Assembly: GCA_016618085.1 (NCBI GenBank)
Contig: JABLTG010000117.1
Span: forward strand, 1-64,000
Length of the DNA: 64,000 nucleotides
Direction: 5' to 3'
From: Neovahlkampfia damariscottae
Lineage: Eukaryota
The notes under the pieces are model-generated. The model searched no databases, was not told where the DNA came from, and worked only from the letters and a program-made list of their open reading frames with translations. This document shows, piece by piece, positions 46,701-60,200 of the stretch; position 1 is the stretch's first letter; the number at the start of each line of letters is the position of its first letter. Made by a program: the position numbers and the translations under genes.

Positions 46701-49700
46701 CAATAGTGGAAGTGAACACTGAAGTTGAATTTGAAAGAGAGTAATTGGCATGTGCTTCTTTTCCATCATATTTCACGATAAACTTCACTTTTCCTTCATA
46801 ATCAAAATAGTCATAATTGGTGGAAAGTGAAACTGTCGAATTGGATGCTAAACCAGCAAAAGGAACTATATTATTGATAGTAAATGTTTCAACAAAACCA
46901 AGGTCCAATTGATTATTGTTTAAAATCAAAATAGTTTCATCTCCATCTAAAATATGTTTTGGAGTCGTTGAATAGGAAACTCCAATTTGTCCTAAACTTT
47001 TAGCAATTGCTTGATCATTTCCAAAATAGATTTGATAATCTGAAATGGATCCATTTTGAATTTCTTGAATTTTGTATTGAATGACTGTATTTGAAGAATT
47101 ACAATTTTCTACCAACCTTTCAATTTCACGTCCTCTGAAAGTAACAACCAAGTCATCACAATTCTCTTTCATTATTCCTTCGGAAATATATTTTTGTGTA
47201 TTCAAATATGTTTTCAATCCAAAAGAATCAATTAAAGGATTTGGAAAATAATAACTCATGTTTACTCGATGATAAAATGTGTTTTGGAGATTTGCAACTT
47301 TATAGGAATTTCTCTTTCTGAATCTTAATCCAATTTTGTGAAATCCAGGAGTTATTGATGAAATTGAACATTTAAAAGCATTGGTTTCATTTTGCAGAAC
47401 AGTTTTGACAAGGGTCCCGTTGAAAAAACAAGAAACTTGTGACACGTATTCTTTTGGAATATTCGAGTCAAGTAACTTGATGATAGGATTGAATTCAAGA
47501 ACTGTGCTAGCTAATTGTTTACTTTCTACAGTGAAACCTATATCACTGAATTTAAAGAAATACAGAGGAATGCTATTGGATGATAACCTTATACGAGAAC
47601 CTAATTCATTTCTGTACCAAAATGTCATGTTTTGATGAACTTGAGAGTCAAAAGTGCATTTAAAATCTTGTGATGAAACATAATCTGCTGAGATTACTCT
47701 TCTATCACTTAATTCACATTCTAAAGAACTAGAAACTGTTGATGATATACTTTCCATAAATGAAAATTCAATGGTCTTTGATCCATTCATTGAAGTAATT
47801 GAAGAAGAAGGAAATATAAAGTTTTGTTGAATCACTTGAAATTCAATCTTTTCTAATGAAATAATCATCTTGTATTTTTTGTACGTTGCATAAATATCAA
47901 ATTTGAACTTAATTGAATGACCAGCACTAACAGAATTGCACTTCAAAGTTGTGGAATTAATTTTTGTTGCTGTAAAGTTGATATTTAAATTTGTGTCAAC
48001 ACAGAAATAATTGATGTCAATCAAATCTGTTTCCAATGTTGATTTGTTAAATGTGATGATAATATCTTCAACTTGATTCAACAAAATAGCTTTTGGTGAA
48101 ACAAATTGAATTACATTTTTTTCATAAAAAATTGAATTCAATTTACTAATTCTTGTGATCCCATCTTCAAAATCCAGTTCAATTTCATTGATATTCTTTG
48201 ACAGTGATATCACTTTCGACTTTTTACAATACTGAATTTTACCTCCAGAAAAATTGCAAGGAATATTTATTCCATTGAGGGTATTACTCAATGAATAATT
48301 ATAATGATCATATCCATTGATCAAATTTCCTTCAAGGTCTGTAAATGAAATATGTTGATCCAAATTTGAAGTGATTTCTGAAATTGAAATCTTTGTGTTG
48401 ATGAACCAGAAATGAAATGGTAAAGATGAAATTTTTTGTTGTTTTGATGATTCAAAAAGTGAAACTGATGTTTGTTTTTTGCCTTCTATATTTATCATGC
48501 AAGAAACAGCATTGAATTGATTTTGAATTGTAGTTGCTTCCACCCAATATTCATTTAATCCACTGGATATTCCACAATAGATTTTATCTCCTGTATTCTT
48601 TCTGTATCTCGAAATATTTTGATTTGAATAAATCTTCATTTCAAAAATACCTGACACATTTGCCTGAATCAAATGAGGATCTGTTTGTAGAATTTTGGCA
48701 TAAGGTAAATTGACAACATGAATTTCTGTTGAAATTCTTTCAACTAATGTTGAATTGTAGCGCCATGCAAAACTCATAAATTGATCAATATCAGAATATA
48801 ATCCATTTCTTGAGCATTGAACTGTATTTTGAGAAATATCAGAAGTTGTGAATTGAAATTGTGTTTTGTTATTTGAAACTCTTGACTGACATCTTAATTT
48901 TCCACTTTCCAAGAAATTTTTGCATTCATTGTGCACGCTAGTTGTGTAATTCAAAGTCAACGAATTTTCATATGGCAAAAGTGTGTAAGTTTGTTTATTT
49001 AAGTTCAATGGTCCACATACAATAGAATTGATATCTGAGCACCAAATAGTTTTCTGGTGATCATTTACTGACAATTCAAATGAACTAGTGATCCAATTTG
49101 CGGGAAAGATCCCACACATACGATTTGAGTCTAATGTTACACTTTGAATTAATGGGAAAGATTCAGCAGGTAACACATAATTGGAAGCTGAATTTTGGAT
49201 TGAATTTTCGCTGAGATTTAAATTTTGCAATGAACTTGGTAGAAATGTGGAAAGTGGATGAATTGATTTGACTTCATTTTTTGATAGATCAAGTGATTTC
49301 AAAGCAGAGAAGTTCTTCATTGAAGGAAGGTTTCCTGTAAATGATAAATTATTGAATTTTAAATCTGTAATCCTGTTCATTTCATCACAAGCAATGAAAA
49401 TATTTCCATCATTCAACTCTCCATTACAATAGCAAGAAACACCTGACTTTGTGCAATTTCTGAGCTTATTTCTATTTAGAGTGCAATTTGTGTTACAAAG
49501 GGAATCAACAAAATCTTCAAGATCAGATTTTTGGCAATTTTCACCATAGTATCCTTTCTCACATTCACATTCACCAGGAGCAGTACAATTACCATTTCCT
49601 GAACATACTTCAGAAGATCCAGAAGAAACTCCAAAACAAACATCATACTCACATTGACTACCAGTGAATTTGTCATCACATGTGCAATTATTTGGAGTCA

Positions 49701-52700
49701 CACAAGTTCCACGAGCATTATTTGTGCAAGAATTTGTTTCATTTGATAAAATTCCATAACAATATGGATATTGACAATTATTTCCATCGTATTGAGATGT
49801 GCAAATGCAATTATCAGGTGAAGAACAAGTTCCATGACCAGAGCAAACAGATGTCGATGCACTAGAAATGCCATTGCAAACATTGAACTCACAATCATTT
49901 CCTGCATAACCAGTATTACAGTTGCAGCTATCAGGTTGAACACATGAACCTCTTGAATTACAAACTGATGGTTTTGTTGCATTTTTTCCATTGCAAATCG
50001 CAAATTGACAATTGTTCCCAGTCCACCCAACAGAACATAGGCAATTATCAGGTGAAGAACAATTTCCATGGGAGGAACAAACAGTTTTATCCAAACTACT
50101 CTTTAAGAAACAAATCGGGGAACTGCAATCACTTCCTGACCATTTTGAAATACATTCACATTGATTTGCTCCAGTACATGTTCCTTTTGGATATGAGCAA
50201 TTTTTGACATCATGGCAATTAAAAGTAGAACAATTTGTATTTTCCCAGCCAGGAAAACAAGAACAATTATTTGCTCCAACACATAATCCATTATCTGAGC
50301 AATCATTTACATCTTCACAAACCGTAAGATTGCAATATATTCCTGAGTAACCCGAGGTGACACAGGTACATTTATCTGGTGATTCACAAATACCTTTTCT
50401 ATTTGAACAAACTTTAGGTTCATCAGCACTGATACCAAAGCAAATTGGTATTGAGCAGTTTGTTCCTGAATATTGAGAATTACATTGGCATGTATTAGCC
50501 CCAACACACACTCCATTTCCAGAACAGTTGTTCATGTCAGTGCAAGTGAAAGTTTCACAATTATTTCCAATCCATCCAGCTTTACATTGACAAATATCTG
50601 GATCAGTACAATTACCATTTGAAGAACAAACATGTTGGTCATTTGAAGAAGTTCCATTACATAAATTAAATTCACAAACACTTCCAGTATATCCAATGTT
50701 GCAGTAGCATTGATCTTTTCCGACACATTTCCCTTTTGAACTGCATGTATTTGTATCATTAGATAGTCTTCCAAAACAATCAAAAACTTCACATTTTTCT
50801 CCAAAATATCTATTGTTGCAAACACATGTATTTAATGAAACACATGTTCCATTTCCAGAACAAACTTTTGATGTATCTTCAGCACTAATTCCATGACAAA
50901 CAGGTTCTTTACAATCAATTCCTGCATTATTAACACCACAAACACATACATCAACTGAATTACAAGTACCCTTTCCATTACAAACTCTTGAATTTGTAGC
51001 GAGAATTCCAAAACACTTCGGAATTTCACATGCACTTCCTCCATGATTCACAGAACAAGAACAAGTGTCTGGTGAAGTACATGTACCATTTTCTCCAGAA
51101 CAAGCAGAAGGATCAACTAAATTGAAACATATTGGTATTTCACATTTAGATCCTGAATATTGAGGAGTACAAGAACAAGTATCAGGAGATATACAATTTC
51201 CATGAGAAGAACATACATTTGTTTCATTAGATGGAATACCAAAGCAAATATTATGTTCGCAATTGCTTCCAGTATATCCAGTGGTGCAGGAACAGGTGTT
51301 TGGATTTGAACAGGTTCCATTTAATCCTGAGCAAGCTATAGGTTCTTTTAATCCATAACATATTGGTGTGTGACAATTTTCTCCTGTCCAACCATCATTA
51401 CAAGCACATGTATCTGGACTGGTGCAAGTTCCATGAGAAGAGCAAACGTTTTGTGAAGTCGATGAAACTCCAAAACAGACAGGATTTTGACAAGAATTTC
51501 CGGTGTATCCATTGTTACATGAACAGGTATCTGGGGCCACACAAGCCCCATTTGATCCTGAACAAGCTGAATTTCCGGAGGATCCAAAACATATCGGAGT
51601 TTCACAATTTGGTCCAGTATAATCAGATCTACAGATACAATTATCAGGAGCAGAACATGTTCCTCTTCCTGAACATACATTTGTGTTTGTTGAAATCACT
51701 CCAAAGCACATAGGATATTGACATTCACTCCCGGAATAACCTGATTGGCAAGAACAGGTATTGTATGCAGTACAGCTACCACGACTTGAGCAAACTGATG
51801 AATCTGTTGAAATTTTTCCATAACAGCTGGGATATTGACAATTGTTTCCAGAGTATCCGGTTTGACAAGAGCATTGATTTGGACCAACACATGAACCGTG
51901 AGATGAGCAAACTGAAGCACTTTGCGAGTCAATACCGCTGCAAGTTGTTCTTTCACAATAATTACCAGAAGTTCCAGAAATACAAACGCATTTGTCCAAA
52001 TATCCATTGACTGTTTTACAATCACCTCTATTGTTACAAACACCACCAAATCCAGTGAATGATATATCAGTGGCTCTTGAATAAGAAGAAGTATAACCAT
52101 CACCCAATCCTACAACCCCACCATACATTGTAGCTGGAAAGTTATAGAGAAAAAGAGCGTATCCGTGCCAAGTATTTCCATCTGTTGAGTAGGAGCATTG
52201 AAAGATATCTCCAAGTCGAAGAATCTTGACCCAATAATTTCTATAATTTGCTGTATCTATTGTGTGAGGAAACGTGTAAAGGGAATGAACAGCATTTGCA
52301 GATGATCTGTACCAAAATATAGGATTTCCTGAACGAGGAACCCCGCAATAGACACCTAATGGTCCAACACCTTCAATATTATCCAAATTTTCACGCAGAC
52401 CAACTCCAAGAACACGTTGGTCGGATGCAATCCAACCCACCTTTGCTATGATGGTGGCAATTCCTGAGGTGTATGTCAATTTTTTCCCCATAAAAACCAT
52501 TTGATCTGTGGTTTTTCTGACCTTGTATCCTAGCTCAAGTCTATGACGAACAACAATAGTGGAAGTATATATTGAATAGTTCGGTTTGTAACCATTAGTT
52601 TGATCAGCAACTGTAGGATCAGCAGAAAGGTATTTTATACGCCATGTATTATCACCACATTCATTATGTACCGCTTCATGATAATATAAAAAAGATCTAA

Positions 52701-53586
52701 AGCTTACGTTTGGTTTTACAACTTTTGGAATCATAAGAGTAGTATTGTGCAGAAGTACATCCAAATTCATTAAATCCATAAAACTTTATATTATCAACCC
52801 TAGCTCTATTGTTTTGAGCTGTGTTTGTATTTGGATCTAAACCAACAGCAAAAACTGCTTCATTCTAAAATATTGTGAAAAAAATGTTTGCTTACACCCA
52901 TAACCGAAGGGGCAAATGAACCCACTAAATTCCAATCTACTTCATCATCGGAAGTATAAGCATAAAGATTTACACCTGCACGTCGAATTCTGAGTGTTAA
53001 AAAAAAAAAAAAATACTTCACAAATCCATGATAAACTCCGCTCAGCATTGGGTTCTTTACAAGTATTACAGATGGTGCTGAGTTAATACTTGATCTTTTT
53101 ATCACTTTTGTCTTCCTGTTTGAAGATCCATTTTCATAAATGTTCTTGACGGATAAAGCAAGATAAGTAAATCTGTTGAAATCTCCTGCCTGAAAAAGTG
53201 TAAAAAAAAAAAGAATTTTTTACCCATAGAAAAACATGAATTTGATCTAAAACTGTTTGACGATTAAAATCAACAATACGCATGGACATTTCACCATCAC
53301 CGGATAATCTCTTAAAAAAGTTAGAAAAAAAAATAAAAACCCAATATTTGTAGTATATGGCTTCACTTCCAACTGATGGTTCGTAACCAAAAACGGAATC
53401 TGGAGAACTGGTTTGTTTTGCTTGAATATCAAAAGGAGAAACATCCGGAAATGTTTCTGAGTCGGTTAAATCTGTGTTTATAACTCCTGGTGTGGATCCT
53501 GTTGCAGGGTGGCTTATTCCAGTAGAGCATATTTGCTGAAATAGAAAACAAAAAAGAACAACCAACAACCAACTTTTCGTAAACAT
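37788..53586 (-). CDS. Giant (~5200 aa) cell-surface receptor: signal peptide, beta-sandwich domains, ~22 EGF-like repeats, LRR, IPT/TIG-like repeats, DUF2341-like insert, ephrin-receptor-like Cys-rich region, multi-pass TM C-terminus; 8 exons
   Basis: MFTKSWLLVVLFCFLF signal, CSxxGxCxxPxxCxCxxGYxGxxC repeats, LKSLDLSKNEV and CPKGTY..C..CP. Seven 27-38 nt introns join the ORFs. Confidence 0.85.
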
Positions 53587-53892
53587 GACCAATCAGAATA
53601 ATTGACCAATCAATTGATTCACTTGATTTAATAAAATCAAAAAAGTGTTGACATCATGTAATATTTTGCAATATTGATACAAAATAAATCATTATAGAGT
53701 GTTCAAATCATCCAATGAAACTTTGAATCAGTTTTTCAAAAAAAGCCAACTCGTTGACAAGTGAAGACTCACAACTATCAGAAATTTTATATTTTCTTGC
53801 AGAAATGTCCATTTTTCATTTCCAAGTGTTATAATATCTGATTGGTAGAATCTTTCAATTATCCGATAAATAAACGTTGCAAGTTACTGGTG

Positions 53893-54610
53893 ATGGGTTT
53901 GTTATCAAAAGAAGAAATTGGATGGGATCTTGAACTTGATAAAATGATTGAAGTTGTAAAAAAAGAAGCAGACAAAAATACATTTAAAGAACACAGCACA
54001 TCTTTCGCTGGATGCAAAATCTACACAAAAAATGGAACTCCAACAAATCAATGGAAAGGTAAAAAATAAGATAAAACTAAACAAAAACAAAGGTAAAATT
54101 AAATCTCATTTTTAACTTTTTTTCAAAGGTGTTTATACAGCAGAAGTTTCAGCAGAAAATATGGTTAAAGGAATCACAACACCAATCATAAAATTGAGAA
54201 AAGAATGGGATTCAACATGTGTTGACTTGAAAGATTTAAAAGTTTTAGACAAAGAAACAGATTTTAAATTATTATATTCAAAACACGCACCTGGTTCAAT
54301 GATGTCATACAGAGACTATATAACAGTCAGAAAAACTGTCACCACCAAAAAGAGGATCTGTATTGCTTCAAAAAGTGTCACTCCGTCCGATAAACAATAT
54401 CAAATTCATGACAAATCTTGTGTCAGAGGAGAGATTTACTTTTCTGCTTTTTGTATTGATATTTTGGATAGTAGTAAATGCAAAGTTACTTTTATTTCAC
54501 ATATGAATCTCAATGGTTGGATATCAAGTGGTGTTTACAATGCCTTAAGTTCAGATCAAGTTTCTGTTCCTGTAAAAGTTGAAGCGCAAATCAAAAAGCA
54601 TAAAAAATAA
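53893..54610 (+). CDS. START lipid-transfer domain protein
   Basis: RKEWD, SYRDYITVR, VRG and NLNGWI. Removing 54059-54128 restores the frame (QWKG|VYTAEVS). Confidence 0.85.
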
Positions 54611-54616
54611 GTTCTT

Positions 54617-57271
54617 TTATTCTTTGAAAATAAATTTTGATTTTAATTCATCATGGTGTCCAAATAGAACCATTGAAGCCCATTTTTCAATTGCACCACG
54701 ATCTTTTTTCATTTCTAATAAAGTGGCTTCTCTCAATGATTCAATTTTGGATTTTCCTTTTTTTAAATTCTTATAAAATGAAACCATCAATGATTTTGCA
54801 CTTGCATCATCAATTTTCCAGAGACTACAAATCACAGTTGAAGCACCAGATTTTGAAAATGCCAAATTTAATCCTAGAATTCCGTCATTTGTAATTTTTC
54901 CTTGACCACTTTCACAAGTGTTCAAGACTACCATTTCACATTTGGAAAAATCAATTTCCAAAATTTCATATGCAAATATTTTCACATTATCTGTTTCTGT
55001 GTCTCTTTCACATTCAATAGATCCTCTGAAAGCGTATTCTTCATGATAAATTTCTGGTTTTTTTGATTCACTATCAGTGTGCGCGGCTACATGGAATATT
55101 GGTGGTGGTTGTTCAGACAGTATTTTAATAATCTTTTCTTTCTTCGCATCTTCTTGATCTAAGACAATTGAACTGTCCAATTTTAACATTTTCATGATAT
55201 CTTGAACTTCTTCAGTTGCATTTGATAAAGGTTTCTCATTATTTTTCGGATTTGAAACAAACAAACATTTTGATTTGTTGTTTAAATTGTTAAACGAATC
55301 GAAATGAAAATCAATATTTTCAAATGAATCACAGAAAGCATATGTATATTCTTCAATGAAAAACTTCCCTGCTGGATTGTTTCTAAATGCTGAAAATGGG
55401 AGCATTGAAATTGATTGATGAGCGACAATGTAAAATACTTCATCTGCAGGCAAAAAAATTTTGATGGGATCTATAAAAGTTTCATAACATTTTTCCAAAA
55501 AGATCATTTTTTCTTCAACTTTCTTTTTTTTTTCTTCGTTCCGAGTTTTGTCTCCAAAAAATCTGAGGTTTTCATCAAATTCCTCATTCAATACATTTTC
55601 TACACACCTGGAAAATGAAAACCCTGTAAAAATATTGACATCTTCAATAGAATCTATTTTTTTGAAGTGTTTGAATTTTCTTCCTTTCATTATCCAAATT
55701 CCAATCGATTTATTATCGATAATGTGATAAATAACAGATGTACCATTAAAATATTGTTTTTTACATTCTATTTTATCATTCACAATTTTTGTTAAAGCTT
55801 CTTCATAGTTTTCTTGTTGAATCAAAAAATTCAAGTAAAAATTCAATTCCTCTGACCGAAACTGTTTAAATGCTACAAAGAATTTTTCTTGTCGATGCTT
55901 TTCTTTCATTTCTTGATAGATTTTAAAGAATTCTTCAAATGATTCTCTTGCTTCTGATTTTTGATTTTGTTTTGTGTAAATCAGTGCAATTTCACAATGA
56001 GTAGTCATTACATCCATTCTTTCTCCAATTTCATTATTAATATCGAGGGAAGTTTTAAAACAATCAAGAGATTTATCATATCGTCCTAAAACATCAAATA
56101 ATTTCCCCATATATTTCAATGTCACAGCTTTACCAAGTTTATTATTTTCGTCTTGAAGTTCCATGGCAAAAATATAATTATCCGTTGAATCTTCATAACA
56201 TTCGAGGTGTAGATAACAAACCCCAAGGTCATTGAATACTTCAGCTTTTTCTGAAGTGGTTAGTTCCATTTTAAGCAACTCTTTAAAACATGAAACAGCT
56301 TCTTGATACCTTTTGCGTGAAGCTCTATTTTTTCCCAAATTTTGTAATGTAGTTATCATATTTTTGTTATCTGGTATAGATCTTTGAATCTCCAAAGCTT
56401 CCTGATATATCTGTTCTGATTTTGTATATTCTCCAAATGAATCGTAATGAGAACCAAGGTTGTTCAAAATGATAGCTGTATTATATCTATCCCCAGTATC
56501 TCTTTTGTACTTCAATACAGCTTCATATATATCTATTGTTTTTTTATAATCTCCAAGTGACGCATAAATTGATCCAAGGTTAGCTAATGTTTCAAATTTG
56601 CTACATTCGTCTATCTCTTTAATTTTTAAAGCTTTTTCATAATAATTTAAGGCTTTGGTATATTTTCCAAGTGCTTTAAAACAATTTCCTAAATTTGACA
56701 ATGAATGTGATTCACACTGTGGATCTTTGTTAATTTGAAGTTCTAGAGCTTTTTTATGATATTGGATTGCTTTTTCATAATCTTCCTTCAATTCATAGCA
56801 TACTCCTAGGTCATTCAAAGATAAAGATTCATTGTCATATTTATCTTTTTGAATGTTCAAAGCATTTGTATGATATTTAATTGCTGTGTCATAATTTCCA
56901 AGATTAAAATGACAAAGGCCAATAGATCCAAAAACTGTTGCTATATCCACTTCATAGCATTCGTTATTTCCCCAAATATTTAAACATTCTTCAAAGCAAA
57001 CAATTGCTTCCTGAAAGTTTGAAGTCTGAATTAAACATAAACCAAGATGTTGCTTCATTTCAGCGTAAATATCATTCATCAATGGCAAATACTTTTTTGT
57101 GTCTGAAGAAATTTTCTGAAGCAAAATTCTTGCATGTTCATGCTTATTTTTATTCATCAACTCAAGTGCTTGGTCACAAAATTTTACAATTATATTATAT
57201 TTCTGAACCATTTCAGGGTCATCAATAACAATTGTTTTTGGTTTTGTTGTCAAGTCTTTTTGAGTCTGCAT
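54617..57271 (-). CDS. TPR + CHAT (caspase-like) protease
   Basis: About 10 TPR repeats (LNDLGVCY, LSNLGNCF, LNNLGSHY); CHAT motifs LPFSAF, IFHVAAH, VVLNTCESG and GASTVICSLWKIDD. Confidence 0.9.
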   Translation of the reverse strand: MQTQKDLTTKPKTIVIDDPEMVQKYNIIVKFCDQALELMNKNKHEHARILLQKISSDTKKYLPLMNDIYAEMKQHLGLCLIQTSNFQEAIVCFEECLNIWGNNECYEVDIATVFGSIGLCHFNLGNYDTAIKYHTNALNIQKDKYDNESLSLNDLGVCYELKEDYEKAIQYHKKALELQINKDPQCESHSLSNLGNCFKALGKYTKALNYYEKALKIKEIDECSKFETLANLGSIYASLGDYKKTIDIYEAVLKYKRDTGDRYNTAIILNNLGSHYDSFGEYTKSEQIYQEALEIQRSIPDNKNMITTLQNLGKNRASRKRYQEAVSCFKELLKMELTTSEKAEVFNDLGVCYLHLECYEDSTDNYIFAMELQDENNKLGKAVTLKYMGKLFDVLGRYDKSLDCFKTSLDINNEIGERMDVMTTHCEIALIYTKQNQKSEARESFEEFFKIYQEMKEKHRQEKFFVAFKQFRSEELNFYLNFLIQQENYEEALTKIVNDKIECKKQYFNGTSVIYHIIDNKSIGIWIMKGRKFKHFKKIDSIEDVNIFTGFSFSRCVENVLNEEFDENLRFFGDKTRNEEKKKKVEEKMIFLEKCYETFIDPIKIFLPADEVFYIVAHQSISMLPFSAFRNNPAGKFFIEEYTYAFCDSFENIDFHFDSFNNLNNKSKCLFVSNPKNNEKPLSNATEEVQDIMKMLKLDSSIVLDQEDAKKEKIIKILSEQPPPIFHVAAHTDSESKKPEIYHEEYAFRGSIECERDTETDNVKIFAYEILEIDFSKCEMVVLNTCESGQGKITNDGILGLNLAFSKSGASTVICSLWKIDDASAKSLMVSFYKNLKKGKSKIESLREATLLEMKKDRGAIEKWASMVLFGHHDELKSKFIFKE

Positions 57272-57286
57272 CTTTTTTTGATAAGT

Positions 57287-57299
57287 AAATATGATTGGT
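57287..57299 (+). repeat. Target-site duplication AAATATGATTGGT, left copy (right copy 61439-61451); contains the CCAAT box of the TPR-CHAT gene
   Basis: An identical 13-mer flanks the retrotransposon, and the right copy directly follows the poly(A) tail. Confidence 0.85.
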
Positions 57300-60200
57300 C
57301 GGATGGTGTTAGTTTTGGTTCGAAGGGGATAAAGTGAGTATGAGTCTAAAAAGGAATAGAAATGAGTTTGAAACTCATTTCCTTCCTAAATTCAAGCAAA
57401 GGAAACTTGAATGGATAACTACTGTCAATAGCCGACGAATTTTTTTGAAAAAATTTGAATTAAAAAACGAAAATTTTAAAATATCAAAATCTAGCTTCAG
57501 AAAATTCTTGGAAAAATGTAATTCAAACAATTATACAAAATCAAAAGAATAAAAGATTATCAAAGAACATTGCACCTGAAAAAAACGAAAACGAAAATTT
57601 AAAAAACGTCAAAAAATTTAGTGGCAAGAGACACATAAAATTGGTAGATGATCCAACTTCATTAAAATATAATGACTTAATATTTGATTTTAATTTTGAA
57701 AAACAGATTTTTAAAAAATCCAAGAAAAATGAAGAAAGAAAAGAAGAAAAAGAAGAAGAAATTAAAACAGCTTGTATTAAAGAAGGAATAAAATGTCAAG
57801 AAGAAAGAATTGAAACTCTTTTTAAAATGACACAAAATTTAAAAAAAGAAATTAAAAAAACACAACATCCCAAAAGAAAACAAATGTTCGAAGAGTGGTA
57901 TCAGTTGAACATGAAGGTTTTAAATACAGCAAAATAACATCATGCTGCAATATTAGAAGAAATGAAAGAAAAATCCCTCTCAGAATTTCTCACAATAATT
58001 AGTTAGTTATGTCTTCTAAATTGAAAAAGTATTCTGGAAATGTGAATGGAGGTTTACCTGATAAATTTATTGGGACTGAATTGTTTGCAAATTATGATAT
58101 TATTTGCCTCCAAGAAACACATATTCCACAAAAATCAATTAAAGAACGAAATCTGAGGAGATTTTTCAAACAACATTTTCACACTTTTATGTCAAATGCA
58201 GATGGAGCTTATGAAGGAGTAATGACATTAGTGAGAAAAGAATTAGGAATACCACAACAAATTAAACCAGAAATAATTGATAACGGGAGAATTTTATGAG
58301 TTAAAATAGATTTCGAAGGGGATGACGAAGAATCATCAACCGTTATCAATTATTATGTACCAACAGGAAAGAAAGTAAATGGAAGAAATGGAAACAATGA
58401 AAATTACTTACATAATTTATATTTTAGATTAAAACAAATTTATAGAAGAAGAAGAGATACAAAATTCATTTTTGTAGGAGATTGGAATACAATTGGAAAA
58501 CAAGATAATGACAGAACATGGCAAAATGAACCGACTTTTTCAAAAAAAAAGATTAGAAAGAGTAGATTTTGAAAATGAAATAGATTTATTATCCTTTTGA
58601 AATTTTCAAACAAGAAGATGATTTAATTTTTTCATACGTTGGGGAGAAAGAAATAGATGGAATTTTAAAAAGTTATAAAGGAAGAATTGACTATATGATG
58701 ACAGATTTTGATACACTTCCTTTAATTTTTGATTATAAAATTATTCATCCACTAGTAACATCAGATCATAATGCAATTCACATTCAACTTTGGAGAGAAT
58801 TCAAAAAAATTGAAGAAAAAACTAAAATTGAATTTAATTTTGAACCAATAGAGAAATTTCAATTATGGAATGATTTATCCAAAGATTTAAAATTTGATCA
58901 AACAAATATTAATATTGAACAAGAAATGAGAGATTTTAAATTAAAAATGATGAATAAAATGGTGAAATCTTTGGATATAAAGAGATAAATTGTAAAAAGA
59001 GAAAATTAAAAACAACAAAACGACAAAAAATTAAGGATACTTTGACTAATGGAGATTCCTGAGGAAATGTCACAAATATTATTCATCAAGAAATTAACAT
59101 TGAACATGTCAAATGTTTACGTTCAGTAAAACAAGGTGATCCACTTGCACCTTAGTTATTCTCTGTTTTTATTGCATATAGCTTATCACAAATCAAATTT
59201 ATCATTAAAAAAGCTGAAATCAAAAATTTCTTTTCATTTGAATATGATAGTCAAAAAATAATTGATATTGTTGTTAAATTTTTTAAAGATCATTATATGG
59301 AAATTAGTATTAAGAAAACGAAAATTATTACAAATTCATATGTCCCTAAAGATCCCCTAAAACTAGATGATGAAGAAATTAAAATAAAAAATGCAAGTGA
59401 AATTTTTAGATTAGTTGGATACTTTATGAATTTAAATTTGAAATTTGATAATAAAAAAAGAATGAATCAAGCAATTTTAAGTTTACAAAATTTAAACGAA
59501 TTTAATGGTTTTAATGCTAGAAATTTAAAATTAGCTATTAATGCATTAATGCAATCAAGATTATATGGAATACCTTTTATTAAATTTTCAAATAAAGAAG
59601 GTAAAAAACTTGACAAAATGATAATAAAATTGATCCAAAAAAATCTGAAAATCACAAATTTCTATCGTTTAAATCATTTTCAAGAATTGTTAAGAGATTT
59701 TAGAGAACCAACAATTATTATTCATAAAAGATTGACAGCAAATCGAATTTTAAATTACATGAATTCAAATTCATCATTTGGAAAATTATTTGAATTAAAA
59801 GACAAATCAATTCAATATATTATTAAATATTTAGAACCAAAATTTAGAATTAAAGAAAAAAATGAAATAAATACAAGACAAAGAAACATTTTTTTGAAAG
59901 AAAATGTTGATTATCACAAAAAATAAGAAATTTAAAGTATTATTCAAATCGATGGGATATCTGACAAGAAATTAAAGACCATTCGAAATCAATATAAAAA
60001 TTTTGATACAACTTATGATTTAAAGAAGAAGTTTAAGAAAAAGAAAAAATTTTTAAAAAAATCAACAAATGATGAAGTGATTTATGTTGCAACTGATGGG
60101 TCAAAGAAAAATGATTTAAATCAAGGAACTTTTTCAATTATTTTTGTTACAGCAAGAAGAGAATCACTAAATGAAATAAAATTAAAAATTGAAAATGAAG

